A stretch of 64,000 nt of DNA from Thermoanaerobaculaceae bacterium (GCA_963778565.1 CAVZUZ010000012.1:432578-496577), one strand, 5' to 3'; shown: positions 37,359 through 47,377, counted from the first letter of the stretch. Made by a program: numbers and translations. Notes: generated by a model not told the origin, from the sequence alone.

Positions 37359-38276
37359 TCAGAACGGTTGCTCTCCCTGAGGCGGCGTCGGGCCGGGAAA
37401 CATCGAATCGATCTCCGAACGGAGATCGGATCCCTCCTTGCGCCCACGGGTATCGAAGAAAAGCAGGGCGATGCCGAAGCAGATGTAGAGATGGACCGCC
37501 GTCGTGGCGAGCGCGGTCAGGAACTGGCCGGGAACCTGGATCCACATCCAGGTGGGCATGTTCTGCGCGAGCTCCTCTCCCTTTGCGACGCTGCGGAACA
37601 TGTCCACCCACATGGGAATCTGAAAGGGCAAGCTCACCAGCACGCTGACCAGGTAGGAGAGCAGGATGCCGACGAACATCAGAAGGAAGACCTTGACCAG
37701 CGGATTCTCGAGGAATCTGCGCTGCGGGTTGTAGCGGGTCAGCTCGGCGCTGCGGGAGAGAGCCCGCGTGCCGAACCCTCCCTCGTCCACCATCACCGGC
37801 GGCACGAAGGAGAGCATCGGGGCAACGTACAGAACGGGGAAGCAGCAGCAGAGCACGGACAGGAGGGTCGCCGCGTACCACAGGAAAAGAGTGCCGAGCA
37901 CCCGGCCCTGCACCGTGAAGCGCCACGCCCGCCGCATGGACACCTGCCGGCCGGACAGCGCGTCGATCGCCGCCACCTGCATGGCGTTATAGGCGACGAT
38001 GAGGAGGGCCAGGTAGGCCAGGGTCAGGACGATCGTCTCCGGGTTCCAGGGCTGCGGGGGCGTGCCGGCGCTCTTGACGACGCGCGTGAACCACAGGGCT
38101 TGCGCCACCGAGACCGAGGTGGCGAGGATCGCGACCGGGATCGCCACCGAGGGATAGATGGAGCGGAAGTGGCGGCGCGCCTGCCGGATCGCTTCGTCCA
38201 GAATCAGGCGGAAGGGCATCGGGCCGGGACGGCCCATATGTGGATCAGTCCCGGGATCCGTCACGAAATCAGTCAT
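37359..38276 (-). CDS. Polytopic membrane protein (unknown family) of the MoxR operon
   Basis: The ATG at 38276 overlaps the upstream stop (ATGA). There are 6-7 TM segments. No motif was recognised. Confidence 0.65.
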   Translation of the reverse strand: MTDFVTDPGTDPHMGRPGPMPFRLILDEAIRQARRHFRSIYPSVAIPVAILATSVSVAQALWFTRVVKSAGTPPQPWNPETIVLTLAYLALLIVAYNAMQVAAIDALSGRQVSMRRAWRFTVQGRVLGTLFLWYAATLLSVLCCCFPVLYVAPMLSFVPPVMVDEGGFGTRALSRSAELTRYNPQRRFLENPLVKVFLLMFVGILLSYLVSVLVSLPFQIPMWVDMFRSVAKGEELAQNMPTWMWIQVPGQFLTALATTAVHLYICFGIALLFFDTRGRKEGSDLRSEIDSMFPGPTPPQGEQPF

Positions 38277-39235
38277 CGGGTCGGCTCCGCAGCAACCGGA
38301 CGGAAGGCCATGAAAAGGAAGAGGCTCTCGAGCGCGAGCCCCAGGGTCACCTTCAGCGACACGGGCAGCTCCGGAGCGGGAGAGATGAAGACCTCCACCA
38401 GGGCCAGCACCACGAACCACGGCAGACAGCCCAGCAGGACGGCCAGGGCGTCACGGCCGGCGTCGCGCACGGCCAGAGCGCGAGGCCGGTCCCCCGCCGC
38501 CACCAGGGAGCGGCCCATGGCGAGCCCCGCCGCCGCCGAGACCAGGATCAGGGTGAGCTCGAGCGGTCCGTGGGCCGAAATGAACTCCAGCAGCTCGCCG
38601 GCCATCGAGTAGTGCAGCGTGACCCCGAAGATGGAGCCCAGCATCATGCCGTTCAGCAGGATGACGTAGAGAGGGATCAGGCCGGCCAGGACGCCACCGC
38701 CCCAGGCCGACAGCGCGACGGAGATGTTGTTGGTCGCGATACCGGACGAGGAGAAGGCCGGCGGCACCGTCGTCACCAGCGATTCCGTCCAGAGCCGCCC
38801 CTCCTCCAGCCCTTGCAGAGCCCGCGGCCCCAGCAAGCTCAGTCCGAGCGACGGCCGCAAGACGGCAACCACCAGTCCCCAGACCGCGGCCAGCAGGAAC
38901 AGCGCGACGGCCAGGCCCACGGTATCGAGATGCCGCTGGAAGGCTCGCGGAAAGGTCCGCGAGAAGAAACGCAGCAGGCCGGCGCGCTCCCGCCGCTCCC
39001 CCGTCAGCCGGCGGGTACCCTCGAGCGCCAGCGACTGCAGGCGCCGCGCCGCGGCCGTGCCGGGAAAACGGGAGGCGGCGAGGGCGTGGTCGTGCAGCAC
39101 CTGCCGGTACCGCAGGGCCATCTCCTCCAGCTCGCCGTAGCCCAGGCTGCGCAGGCGGTCGCGCACCGCCGCGAGCTGGGCCTCGAACGCCTCCCACACG
39201 GACCGCCGCATGCGGACGAAGCGCGCGTAGTCCAT
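38273..39235 (-). CDS. Stage II sporulation protein M-like (DUF95) membrane protein
   Basis: An N-terminal soluble helix bundle is followed by ..IATNNISVAL..GG...PLYVILLNGMMLGS...AHGPLELT.., which is SpoIIM/DUF95-like. Confidence 0.75.
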   Translation of the reverse strand: MDYARFVRMRRSVWEAFEAQLAAVRDRLRSLGYGELEEMALRYRQVLHDHALAASRFPGTAAARRLQSLALEGTRRLTGERRERAGLLRFFSRTFPRAFQRHLDTVGLAVALFLLAAVWGLVVAVLRPSLGLSLLGPRALQGLEEGRLWTESLVTTVPPAFSSSGIATNNISVALSAWGGGVLAGLIPLYVILLNGMMLGSIFGVTLHYSMAGELLEFISAHGPLELTLILVSAAAGLAMGRSLVAAGDRPRALAVRDAGRDALAVLLGCLPWFVVLALVEVFISPAPELPVSLKVTLGLALESLFLFMAFRPVAAEPTR

Positions 39236-39987
39236 CAGGCCTCTTCCACCTGCAGCGCCTGCCGCAAGGCCGCTATCGGATCGCGCTTCGTGTCGACGCC
39301 GGCGAGGAGCTGCGGGGCGTCCGTGCGGATCCGCGCCAGAATGCGGTCCGCCATCTGCCAGCTCGCGGCCGTGTCGTCCAGACCCTGCGCGCGGGCGAGA
39401 AACGCCTCCACCACGGCCAGCTCGCGGGCTCCCCAGCCCGGCGGCACTCTTCCCAGCACCGGGGCCGCCTCCCGGCCGCGGTCGTGGACGACCAGCGTGC
39501 CGGCCAGGCGATCGCCCAACCGCCGGGAGAGCGCGTCGACGGCCATCAGCGGGACGCCGATGATCAGGTCCAGCGGACGGATCAGATTCCGAATCAGGAG
39601 AGCCGCCACCCCCGCGCTCCCGCCCTCCGCCGTCACCACCCGCAACCGCAAGGCCATCTTGCCCGGCGTACGGCCGCCGGTGGCGATCTCGAATCCGGCG
39701 AAGTAACCCCAGTTGAGGAGGAACACGCCGACCATGAAGAACACCGGGCTCCAGGTGGCTGAGAGCGGAGCGATCGCAAAAGCGACGACGAGAATCCAGG
39801 CGAACCCGACAGCCGTCAGGATGACGTAGTCGAGAAATGCGGCGAGCGAGCGGCTGCCCACGCTCGCCACCGGCAGCTCGAGCTGGATGTTGTCAAGCCC
39901 CAGGATGCTTTCGCGCCGTATCTCGGCCAACAGAAGACTCCTGTTCCTTTGCTTCCTAAGCGTATGTTGGGGCTGGGACGGCGTCAA
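39235..39987 (-). CDS. RDD-family membrane protein
   Basis: ..SRSLAAFLDYVIL...GRTPGKMALRLRVV...IRNLIRPLDL.. is RDD-domain-like. This is the first gene of the operon. Confidence 0.75.
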   Translation of the reverse strand: MTPSQPQHTLRKQRNRSLLLAEIRRESILGLDNIQLELPVASVGSRSLAAFLDYVILTAVGFAWILVVAFAIAPLSATWSPVFFMVGVFLLNWGYFAGFEIATGGRTPGKMALRLRVVTAEGGSAGVAALLIRNLIRPLDLIIGVPLMAVDALSRRLGDRLAGTLVVHDRGREAAPVLGRVPPGWGARELAVVEAFLARAQGLDDTAASWQMADRILARIRTDAPQLLAGVDTKRDPIAALRQALQVEEA

Positions 39988-39990
39988 CGC

Positions 39991-40255
39991 GCCCTCACCT
40001 CCCCGGCCCTCCTCTCCCGCCCCCTCCCTTCCCCCCTCACCGGGAGAGGAGGGAGAACAGCAAGAAGGAGATCGCGGAGTTTTTCGCAGGGGGCGGGGCT
40101 TGTCCCCGCCCGCGGCGATTCAGGGCGGGGTCGAGCCTCTCCATCCGTCCAGACCCGCCTCTGCCCCAAACAATTTTTTCTATTGCCTTTCTCCCTCCTC
40201 TCCCGGTGAGGTGGGAAGGGAGGGGGCGGGAGAGGAGGGTCGGGGAGGTGAGGGC
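39991..40255. repeat. Type B palindromic repeat, copy 4, with a central insert of about 150 bp carrying the type D motif
   Basis: The arms GCCCTCACCTCCCCGGCCCTCCTCTCCCGCCCCCTCCCTTCCCCCCTCACCGGGAGAGGAGGGAG and its inverse flank GGGGGCGGGGCTTGTCCCCGCCCGC (40089..40113). Confidence 0.85.
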
Positions 40256-40999
40256 CTACGGCGGATCCCGGCGCTGCGCCTCGCCCGTCATCGGCACGAA
40301 GAGGACGGGCAGGACGTTGCGACGGTCGAAGCCGCCGTCGCGCCGCTTGGTCAGGACGAGGAGGTCCTGGTAGGCGTTGCCGACGGGAATGACCAGCTTG
40401 CCGCCGGTCTTGAGCTGCTGCAGCAGCGGCTCGGGGATGCGGGGCGGCGCGGCGGTGACGATGATGCCTTCGAAGGGAGACGCCGAGCGCCATCCCTCGT
40501 AGCCGTCGCCGATGCGGAGGTGGACGTTGCGGTAGCCCAGCTCGGCGAGCGTGCGGCGCGCCCGGTCGCCCAGGGGCTTGATGATCTCGATCGAGTAGAC
40601 CTCGCGTACCAGCTTCGAGAGGACCGCCGCCTGATAGCCCGAGCCGGTCCCGACCTCCAGCACCCGATCACCCGGCTCGACCTCGAGCAGAGACGTCATC
40701 AGGGCCACGATGTAAGGCTGGGAGATCGTCTGGCCGTTGCCGATCGGCAGCGGCTGGTCTTCGTAGGCCCTGAACCGCTCCCCTTCGGGGACGAAGAGGT
40801 GACGGGGCACAGCCTCCATGGCGGCGAGCACCGTGGGATCCGTCAGGCCGTGGGCGCGGATCTGGTCGACCATCTGCTGGCGCTGCCGCGCGACGGCGAA
40901 GGCGTCCTGGCGCGGTACGGCCGCGAGCCCGGCGGCGACGATCACGGCCGCGGCCAGGAGGTGCAGCGCCAGCAGCGGTGTCCGCCTACCTGCCGCCAT
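40256..40999 (-). CDS. pcm: Protein-L-isoaspartate O-methyltransferase, with an N-terminal hydrophobic segment
   Basis: VPRHLFVP, QTISQPYIVALM, VLEVGTGSGYQAAVL, VYSIE and GGKLVIPVG. Confidence 0.9.
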   Translation of the reverse strand: MAAGRRTPLLALHLLAAAVIVAAGLAAVPRQDAFAVARQRQQMVDQIRAHGLTDPTVLAAMEAVPRHLFVPEGERFRAYEDQPLPIGNGQTISQPYIVALMTSLLEVEPGDRVLEVGTGSGYQAAVLSKLVREVYSIEIIKPLGDRARRTLAELGYRNVHLRIGDGYEGWRSASPFEGIIVTAAPPRIPEPLLQQLKTGGKLVIPVGNAYQDLLVLTKRRDGGFDRRNVLPVLFVPMTGEAQRRDPP

Positions 41000-41729
41000 T
41001 CTGTGCCTTTCCCTTCATCGGCGAGAGCCGGACCGGGATGATTTTCGTCGTCTCGAGACCGTCCGCCGTCTTCGTGATCACCTGGAGATCCTGGAAGAAG
41101 CCGCCCACCGGCGCCACCATCTTACCGCCCACCCGCAGCTGCGCGAGCAGGGGCTTCGGGATCTGCGACGGCGCCGCGGAGAGCAGGATGGCGTCGAACG
41201 GCGCCTTCTCGGGCCACCCGCGGTAGCCGTCGGCCACCCGCACCTCGACGTTGTGATAGCCCAGGACGGCGAGCCGCTTGCTCGCCTGGCTCGCCACCGG
41301 CTCCACGATCTCGATCGAGTAGACCTCGCGGGCGATGCGCGACAGCACGGCCGCGTGGTAACCCGAGCCGGTGCCGATCTCCAGCACCTTGTCGCCGCGC
41401 TTCAAGCCGAGATGCGAGGTCATGAGCGCCACCACGTACGGCTGGTAGACGGTGCGCCCCTGGCCCAGCACCAGCGGCTGGTCGGAGTAGGCCTGGGTCC
41501 GCAGCGAGTCCGGCACGAAGAGGTGGCGCGGCACCTGCTCCATGGCGGCCAGCACCTCGGGCTGCGTGATGCCGCGCTGCTTGACCTGCTGCTCCACCAT
41601 GGTGTGGCGCAGGCCCTCGTAACCGTCGACCGCCGCGGCCGGCGACACGAGGACCATGAGCACGGCGAGCCCCACGGCGGGACCTCGCACGATCCTGGAG
41701 CGGCGGCCCCGAAGGGCGCTCCCTGTCAC
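40986..41729 (-). CDS. pcm: Protein-L-isoaspartate O-methyltransferase paralogue, with an N-terminal hydrophobic segment
   Basis: VPRHLFVP, RTVYQPYVVALM, VLEIGTGSGYHAAVL, VYSIE and GGKMVAPVG. The GTG start overlaps the upstream stop (GTGA). Confidence 0.9.
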   Translation of the reverse strand: MTGSALRGRRSRIVRGPAVGLAVLMVLVSPAAAVDGYEGLRHTMVEQQVKQRGITQPEVLAAMEQVPRHLFVPDSLRTQAYSDQPLVLGQGRTVYQPYVVALMTSHLGLKRGDKVLEIGTGSGYHAAVLSRIAREVYSIEIVEPVASQASKRLAVLGYHNVEVRVADGYRGWPEKAPFDAILLSAAPSQIPKPLLAQLRVGGKMVAPVGGFFQDLQVITKTADGLETTKIIPVRLSPMKGKAQNGGR

Positions 41730-43416
41730 CGGGCGTTCCCCCTCTCATAGACCACCCGGCCGTCGACCAGGGTGTAATCGATCTCCGCCCGCGGCATCTC
41801 CGCCTCGGGAACGGTCATGGGATCGCGCGCGAAGACCACCACGTCCGCCCGCTTGCCGACCTCGAGGGAGCCCACCTCCTGCTCGAGGAACAGCGACCAG
41901 GCGGCGTCGAGGGTGAAGCCGCGCAGGGCTTCCTCGCGGGTCAGCCGCTCGCCGGGGAGCCAGCCTCCCGGCGGGTTGCCCTGCAGGTCCTGGCGGGTGA
42001 CGGCGGCGTACAGCCCGAGCCGGGGGTCGGCCGACTCCACGGGAAAGTCGCTGCCCAGGGCCAGCCGGCCGCCGGCGTTGAGCACCTTGCGCCAGGCATA
42101 GGCCCCGGCCAGCCGCGCGTCGCCCACGCGGTCCCCGGCCCAGGGCATGTCGGAGGTGGCGTGGGTGGGCTGCATCGAGGCGATGACGCCCAGGCGAGCC
42201 AGGCGCTCGATGTCCTGCAGGCGCAGCACCTGCGCGTGCTCCAGCCGGAAACGGACTTCCGGCCGCGGGCCGCCGAGGACCCGCTCGAGCACGTCGAGGA
42301 CCACCAGCCCCCCGCGGTCGCCGATGGCGTGGATGCCGACCTGGAAGCCTTTGGCGAGAGCGCGCCGGGAGACTTCCTCCATATGCGCGCCGGCGCTCAC
42401 CAGCAGCCCCAGATTGCCGGCGTCGTCGCTGTAGGGCTCGACCAGCGCGGCGCCGCGGCTGCCCAGCGCTCCGTCGGCGTAGAGCTTGACGCCGCGGACC
42501 TGCAGGCGCGCCTCGGCATCGATCTCCGGCCCGCGCTCGAACCAGCGCGCGAGCAGAGCCTCGTCGTCGGCCAGGAACAGCGCCGCCCGCAGCGGCAGCT
42601 CGCCAGCCTGGCGCAAAGCGGAGTAGGCGCGGTAGTCGGCGTCGCCGATGCCCATGTCCGTCACCGTCGTCAACCCCAGCTCCACGCAATGGCGCGCCGC
42701 CAGCCGCAAGGCGCGCTGGCGGTCCTCGACGGAGGGCGCCGGGCAGCCTGCCGCCCACCACGTCCATGGCGTTGTCGATCAGCACGCCCGTGGGCCGTCC
42801 CGCCGGGTCGCGCAGGAAGCGGCCGCCGGAGGGATCCCGAATCGCGGCGTCGACGCCGAGAAGCTCCATGGCGCGGGCGTTGACCAGAGCGGCGTGGCCG
42901 TCCACGCGCACCAGCCACACGGGGTGGTCCGGCACCGCCGCCGACAGCGCCTCGTGAGCGGGGAAGGCCTTCTCCGGCCAGTCGTTCTGGTCCCAGCCGC
43001 GGCCGCCGAGCCAGGTGCCGGCGGGCACCCGGCCGGCTGCCTCGCGCACCCGCCGCACCACCTCCTCATACGTCGCGGTGCCCGTCAGGTCGATCAACTG
43101 CAGAGCCTGGCCGAGGTTCCCCAGGTGAGAGTGCGCGTCGATCAGACCCGGGGTGACGGCGCGTCCGGAGAGGCTCGATGACGCGGGTCCGCGGCCCACG
43201 CAGCCGCTCGGCCCCGGCGTCCGGCCCGAGATAGACGATGCGCCCGCCGCGCACGGCCAGGCTCCCCTCGACCCGGCCCGGAGATTGCACGGGATAGAAC
43301 ACGCCGTGCCTCAGGATGAGGTCGGCACCGTCCTCTGCAAAGGAAGGTTTCGAAAAGGCGGCGACCGCCAAGCCGAGCAGCACGACCGCCAGAACAGGCG
43401 TAAGCCTCGGAATCAT
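41726..43416 (-). CDS. Amidohydrolase-family (YtcJ-like, Amidohydro_3) metal hydrolase, secreted. The frame is broken near 43170 and 42740.
   Basis: Three frames read in order. First, a signal peptide + ..LILRHGVFYPV..GRIVYLG. Second, AVTPGLIDAHSHLGNLG..VDGHAALVN. Third, ..YADGALGSRGAAL..HAIGD..FRLEHAQ..ASMQPTHATSD.. Confidence 0.85.
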
Positions 43417-43518
43417 TTCGCTTTTCTCCCCAGCTCGCTTCACCCATGGCCGAAGCCATGGGCTGCAAAGTCCAAGCCACGGGAAAACCCTGTGTTCGTT
43501 CTGTCTGGTCCAGCCTTT

Positions 43519-43612
43519 GCGACCTCACCCCAACCCCTCTCCTGAAGGAGAGGGGCTTTGAAGATCCGTTTCCCCCTCTCCTTCAGGAGAGGGGGCCAGG
43601 GGGTGAGGTCGC
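43519..43612. repeat. Type A palindromic repeat, copy 3
   Basis: GCGACCTCACCCCAACCCCTCTCCTGAAGGAGAGGGG... and its inverse, in a divergent intergenic region. Confidence 0.85.
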
Positions 43613-43671
43613 GCGGGCACAAACTTACCCGTACGCTACCTTCTTGCGGGGCTCGATGTACACTCCCGCGG

Positions 43672-45009
43672 ATGTTTCCCGACGGTCCGGTGCCGCTCGA
43701 AGAAATCGTTTCACGGCTGGAGCACGTGCTGGCCCTCTCTCCGGCCGAGGTCACGGAGATCTCCTGGCTGGAGGTCCGGCGCGGTCAGGAGAGCAACGGC
43801 AAGCGGCGCCGCGACAGCTATGAGCAGCACGAGCGGACGGTCCTGCTGCGGGTACGCGAATCCGGCCGCACCGGGATGCATCGCACCAGCGCCTGCGGGC
43901 TCTCGGACCTCGAGAACGCCCTGCGCGAGGCGCTGGCGGGAGCCCGCCTGTCGCCGGCCACTCCGCCACCGCTGCCGCCGCCGGGCCACGACGCGCCCCT
44001 CGCGCCGACCGCGACCGACGGCCTGTGCGATCCCGAGCTCGCCGGCATGAAGCCCGCCCGGGCCAGGGAAACGCTCCAGCGTCTGGCTGCAAAGGGGGAA
44101 ACGGCTCGCCTGGGATGGTCCGAAGGCCGGATCGCCGTCGCCGGCAGCCGTGGGCTGCGGCGCGCCACCGAAGTGACCTCCGGCTGGGTCGAGGTGATCC
44201 GCGGCCGCCAGCCCGGCGGCGGCCGCGCCGCGGCGGCCGCGCGGTCGCTGGCCGGGCTCGACCTGCCGCGGGTCTTCGAGCGCGCGCGGCGGCGCCAGGG
44301 CCCGCCCGAGGTCGTGCCGCCGCCGGAAGGACCTCACCCTCTGCTGCTGTCGCAGGAGGCCGCGGCCGGGCTGATCGAGCTGCTCAACCGGCAGGCCTTC
44401 ACCTCCGACTCCTTCCACTCCGGCGTCTCCTTCCTGCGCGACAAGCTCGGGCAACCGGTCTTCCACCCCGCGATCAACCTGCGCGACGACCCTACCGACC
44501 CGCGCGGCCTGCCGTTCCCCTTCGACATCCTGGGCGCCGCCGCCCGGCCGATCGACCTGGTCACCGGCGGCGTGGCGCTCACTCCCGCCGTCGACCCTCG
44601 CCTGGCCCGCGAGCTCGGCGTCGCGCCCACCCCGCAACGGGTGGCGCCGGACGAGGCGATCCCGGCGCATCTGTTCCTGCTGCCGGGGAGCGCCTCCGAG
44701 GAGGAGCTGCTCCAGGCGGCGGAGGGCGGCGTGTGGGTGGCGGCGCTGGAGCCGCTCGAAGGCTACGACGCCCGCGCGCTGCGCTTCCGCACGGTGGCCC
44801 GCGGCGTCCGCCTCATCGCCGGAGGCAAGCTCGGACGGGCTCTGCCGGACCTGGTCTGGGAAGACGATCTGCGACGCATCCTCTCGCGGGTGCTGGCCGT
44901 CGGCTCCGAGCTGGTTCCCCTCGCCACCGGCGCCGGCCTCTTCCGCGCCACCACCGCGCCGATGCTGGCGGTGGAGGAGGTGGCAGGGTTGCGCTTCGCC
45001 GTGGAGTAA
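43672..45009 (+). CDS. TldD/PmbA-family protein (putative metalloprotease)
   Basis: The overall layout and the C-terminal ..GGVWV..LEPLEGYDARALRFRTVARGVRLIAGGKLGRALPDLVWEDDLRRILSRVLAVGSE.. resemble PmbA/TldD. The ATG is at 43672. Confidence 0.5.
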   Translation: MFPDGPVPLEEIVSRLEHVLALSPAEVTEISWLEVRRGQESNGKRRRDSYEQHERTVLLRVRESGRTGMHRTSACGLSDLENALREALAGARLSPATPPPLPPPGHDAPLAPTATDGLCDPELAGMKPARARETLQRLAAKGETARLGWSEGRIAVAGSRGLRRATEVTSGWVEVIRGRQPGGGRAAAAARSLAGLDLPRVFERARRRQGPPEVVPPPEGPHPLLLSQEAAAGLIELLNRQAFTSDSFHSGVSFLRDKLGQPVFHPAINLRDDPTDPRGLPFPFDILGAAARPIDLVTGGVALTPAVDPRLARELGVAPTPQRVAPDEAIPAHLFLLPGSASEEELLQAAEGGVWVAALEPLEGYDARALRFRTVARGVRLIAGGKLGRALPDLVWEDDLRRILSRVLAVGSELVPLATGAGLFRATTAPMLAVEEVAGLRFAVE

Positions 45010-45011
45010 AG

Positions 45012-45200
45012 GCTCTCCCCCGCCCGGCCCTCCTCTCCCCGCCCCCTCCCTTCCTTCCTCACCGGGAGAGGAGGGAGAAACAAGCAAAAAGAGCACATAA
45101 GACCCTACAGGCTTCACAGGTTGTGCCTTGTTCCCCTCTCCCGGTGAGGGGGGAAGGGAGGGGGCGGGAGAGGGGTCAGGGGTGAGGGCTCGGGCGGGGG
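45012..45200. repeat. Type B palindromic repeat, copy 5 (the left arm is partly deleted)
   Basis: ..CCTCCTCTCCCCGCCCCCTCCCTTCCTTCCTCACCGGGAGAGGAGGGAG... and its inverse, between convergent genes. Confidence 0.8.
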
Positions 45201-45218
45201 GCAGCGCCGGTGAGGGTC

Positions 45219-46229
45219 CTACTCCCAGATCTTGACCTCGAACCTCCCCGCCGAATCCGCCGCTCCCCGGTACATCCCTTCCGAGTTGTAGACCAGCACG
45301 AGCGAGCCGTCCCGGGAGACGCCGATCACACCGCCGTCCCCGGGCCTGAGCTTCTGCCGGATCACCCGCTCCGCGGCCTGCTGCAGGGTCAGGCCACCGT
45401 ACTCCATCAGCGCCGAGACGTCGTGCGCCACGGTGTGGCGGATGAACTGCTCGCCGATGCCGGTGGCGGAGATGGCGCAGGTCCGGTTGTTGGCGTAGGT
45501 GCCGGCGCCGATGATCGGCACGTCGCCCAGCCGGCCGAACCGCTTGTTGGTGAGCCCGCCCGAGGAGGTCGCCGCCGCCAGGTTGCCGTGCACGTCGAGC
45601 GCCACCGCGCCCACCGTATCCTTGTCCTGCTCCTGCTTCTTGATCGCCTCCTGCAACTGCTGATAGCGGAAGGCCGTGTCGAAGTACGCGTTCGGCACGC
45701 GCTCGACCTTCATCTCCGTGGCGAACGCCTCGGCTCCCTCGCCGACCATGAAGACGTGGGGCGATTTCTCCATCACCATACGCGCCAGCGTGATGGGGTT
45801 CTTGACCGTCTTGAGCAACGCCACCGAGCCGCAGGAGAGATCGCGGCCGTCCATGATGGCGGCGTCGAGCTCGTGGGTCCCCTCGTGGGTATAGACGGCC
45901 CCCTTGCCGGCATTGAACAGCGGATCGTCCTCCATGAAGCGCACCACCTTCTCCACCGCGTCCAGGCTGGTGCCGCCCTGCTGGAGCACGCCCTGGCCGA
46001 CCTTCAGAGCCGCGGCCAGGGATTGCAGGTACTGCTGCCTGCGCTCCTCCGGCAGGGTCTTCGGAATCGTGCCGGCGCCGCCGTGAATGGCGATGGCCCA
46101 CCGCGGTGCGCCCGCCGGGCGGAGCACGATCTCCGCCTTGTCCTGCTGTTGCGCGGCCGCCGGCTGGGCCGTGGTGAGAAGGGGAAAGATCGAGAAAAAC
46201 AACATGGACGACAGAGTCTTGCAGTTCAT
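45219..46229 (-). CDS. Isoaspartyl peptidase / L-asparaginase (Ntn-hydrolase, asparaginase-2 family), secreted
   Basis: AIAIHGGAG, DPLFNAGKGAV, DTVGAVALD (autoprocessing Thr), ATSSGG and GAGTYA. A signal peptide is present. Confidence 0.9.
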   Translation of the reverse strand: MNCKTLSSMLFFSIFPLLTTAQPAAAQQQDKAEIVLRPAGAPRWAIAIHGGAGTIPKTLPEERRQQYLQSLAAALKVGQGVLQQGGTSLDAVEKVVRFMEDDPLFNAGKGAVYTHEGTHELDAAIMDGRDLSCGSVALLKTVKNPITLARMVMEKSPHVFMVGEGAEAFATEMKVERVPNAYFDTAFRYQQLQEAIKKQEQDKDTVGAVALDVHGNLAAATSSGGLTNKRFGRLGDVPIIGAGTYANNRTCAISATGIGEQFIRHTVAHDVSALMEYGGLTLQQAAERVIRQKLRPGDGGVIGVSRDGSLVLVYNSEGMYRGAADSAGRFEVKIWE

Positions 46230-46376
46230 GGCGGGGGGATTCTAGGCGTTCCACCGCGGCAGAATCCACTGCGGCGAAATCGCGGCGGCGCGATCGTCAC
46301 GCCGTTCGCAGCTCTACTCGCGGGATGCAGATGTACGGTCTGGCAGCGGGGTGAGGCTCGGCTGGAACAGCGGTCG

Positions 46377-46547
46377 TCAAACGGGCTGGTGGTTTTCCTC
46401 TGCCGCTTCCGCACCGGGCTCTTGCGGCTGCTCACCAGGGACCGCGGCAGTCTTTCTCTCGAGCTTGCGCTGAAACTTCTCCTCCCGCTTCTGTTTCTTG
46501 GCAACTTCACGTTGACGCTTAAAGAATGAAGCACGATTTCTTGGCAT
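46377..46547 (-). CDS. Small basic protein (56 aa)
   Basis: GAGGGGGG SD lies before the ATG at 46547. MPRNRASFFKRQREVAKKQKREEKFQRKLERK.. is Lys/Arg-rich. Confidence 0.5.
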   Translation of the reverse strand: MPRNRASFFKRQREVAKKQKREEKFQRKLERKTAAVPGEQPQEPGAEAAEENHQPV

Positions 46548-46684
46548 ATGACGCACCCCCCTCATGAGGTGATTGGACGGTAGGCGCGTAGCTCCTGCCA
46601 CAGAACAGCGCACCCTCTTCGCTGTTTCCTCAGTGTATCACGTAGCCGCGCCGTCAGGCCGCGGGGACGGCGGGACGTCTTCCT

Positions 46685-46942
46685 TCAGATCGTCTCTTCC
46701 GCGATCAGCTCGCGCACCCGCAGGCGGCCGACCTCCAGCTCCTGAATGACCAGCCGGTCGATCGCACCGGATTTCAGGGCGAATCGCTTCACCGCCAGGC
46801 GCCCGATCGCCAGCGCTCCAATGGCCAGGGCGCCTATCGACAGGGCACCGACGCTCACCGCCGCCAGCGCCGTGGCGGCGCGCGCGAACGCCATCTGCGA
46901 TCCTGCTCTGGGATAGGTCATTTCGGTTCGTTCTCGGTTCAT
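46685..46942 (-). CDS. Small membrane protein (85 aa)
   Basis: GGAGGTGGAG SD lies directly before the ATG at 46942. The TM stretch is AAVSVGALSIGALAIGALAIG, followed by an amphipathic tail. Confidence 0.6.
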   Translation of the reverse strand: MNRERTEMTYPRAGSQMAFARAATALAAVSVGALSIGALAIGALAIGRLAVKRFALKSGAIDRLVIQELEVGRLRVRELIAEETI

Positions 46943-47059
46943 CTCCACCTCCAATCTTGAGCCGACATCGTACCCGTAGAGACGTTCCAGCCCGCCCAAG
47001 ATACCCATCGCAGGCCACGGGGACGGCGGAACGTCTCCTCGAAGGGTTCGCGGCTGTGA

Positions 47060-47377
47060 TCATCCGGCAGAGCGACGACCGGAGCCCCTCCCGATCTCCC
47101 GCTTGGCCGTAGCAAAGGCGGTCTCTTCCAGCTCGATTCGTTCACGAATCACCTGCGTGAGCCAGTCCTCGACTCGCCCGGCATGATGGAGACGGGCGAG
47201 GAAGGCCGCGCGAGCAGCAAGATCTCGCGGGAGTGCGAAGGAAGTTCGGGCGGAAGGCTCAACCTTGACCGGCGCCTCCCACGCCGCGTCGTTGTCAGCC
47301 TCCGCGATGACGATCTCGTCAATTTCCTCTTCGGACAGTCTCTTCGATCGTGTGGATTCTCCGCTCATAGGGGCCAT
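47060..47377 (-). CDS. RHH/CopG-like antitoxin-type protein
   Basis: ..EEEIDEIVIAEADNDAAWEAPVKV..TSFALPRDLAARAAFLARLHH..VEDWLTQVIRERIE resembles CopG-type antitoxins with a C-terminal RHH. Confidence 0.5.
   Translation of the reverse strand: MAPMSGESTRSKRLSEEEIDEIVIAEADNDAAWEAPVKVEPSARTSFALPRDLAARAAFLARLHHAGRVEDWLTQVIRERIELEETAFATAKREIGRGSGRRSAG

Noticed and set aside
35590-37926. 778-aa ORF as one gene
   Set aside because: Only its last 364 aa (DUF4350-like) and a middle stretch (the DUF4129 N-terminus) look coding. The rest is Arg/Gly-rich out-of-frame read-through of neighbouring genes.
39949-40209. ORFs translating the palindromic repeats (PLSPGERG/SPLP...GEG-type peptides), also at 32028.., 43316.. 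and 15405..
   Set aside because: The same sequence is read on both strands because of the palindromes. There are no start signals, and they lie between well-defined genes.
43711-46269. 852-aa minus-strand ORF
   Set aside because: It runs antisense through the TldD/PmbA-like gene, across a palindromic repeat, and out of frame through the isoaspartyl peptidase gene. It is a composite shadow ORF typical of high-GC sequence. The same reasoning was applied to 16902..18104, 25110..26183, 26848..28404, 30623..32305, 4899..5930 and similar entries.
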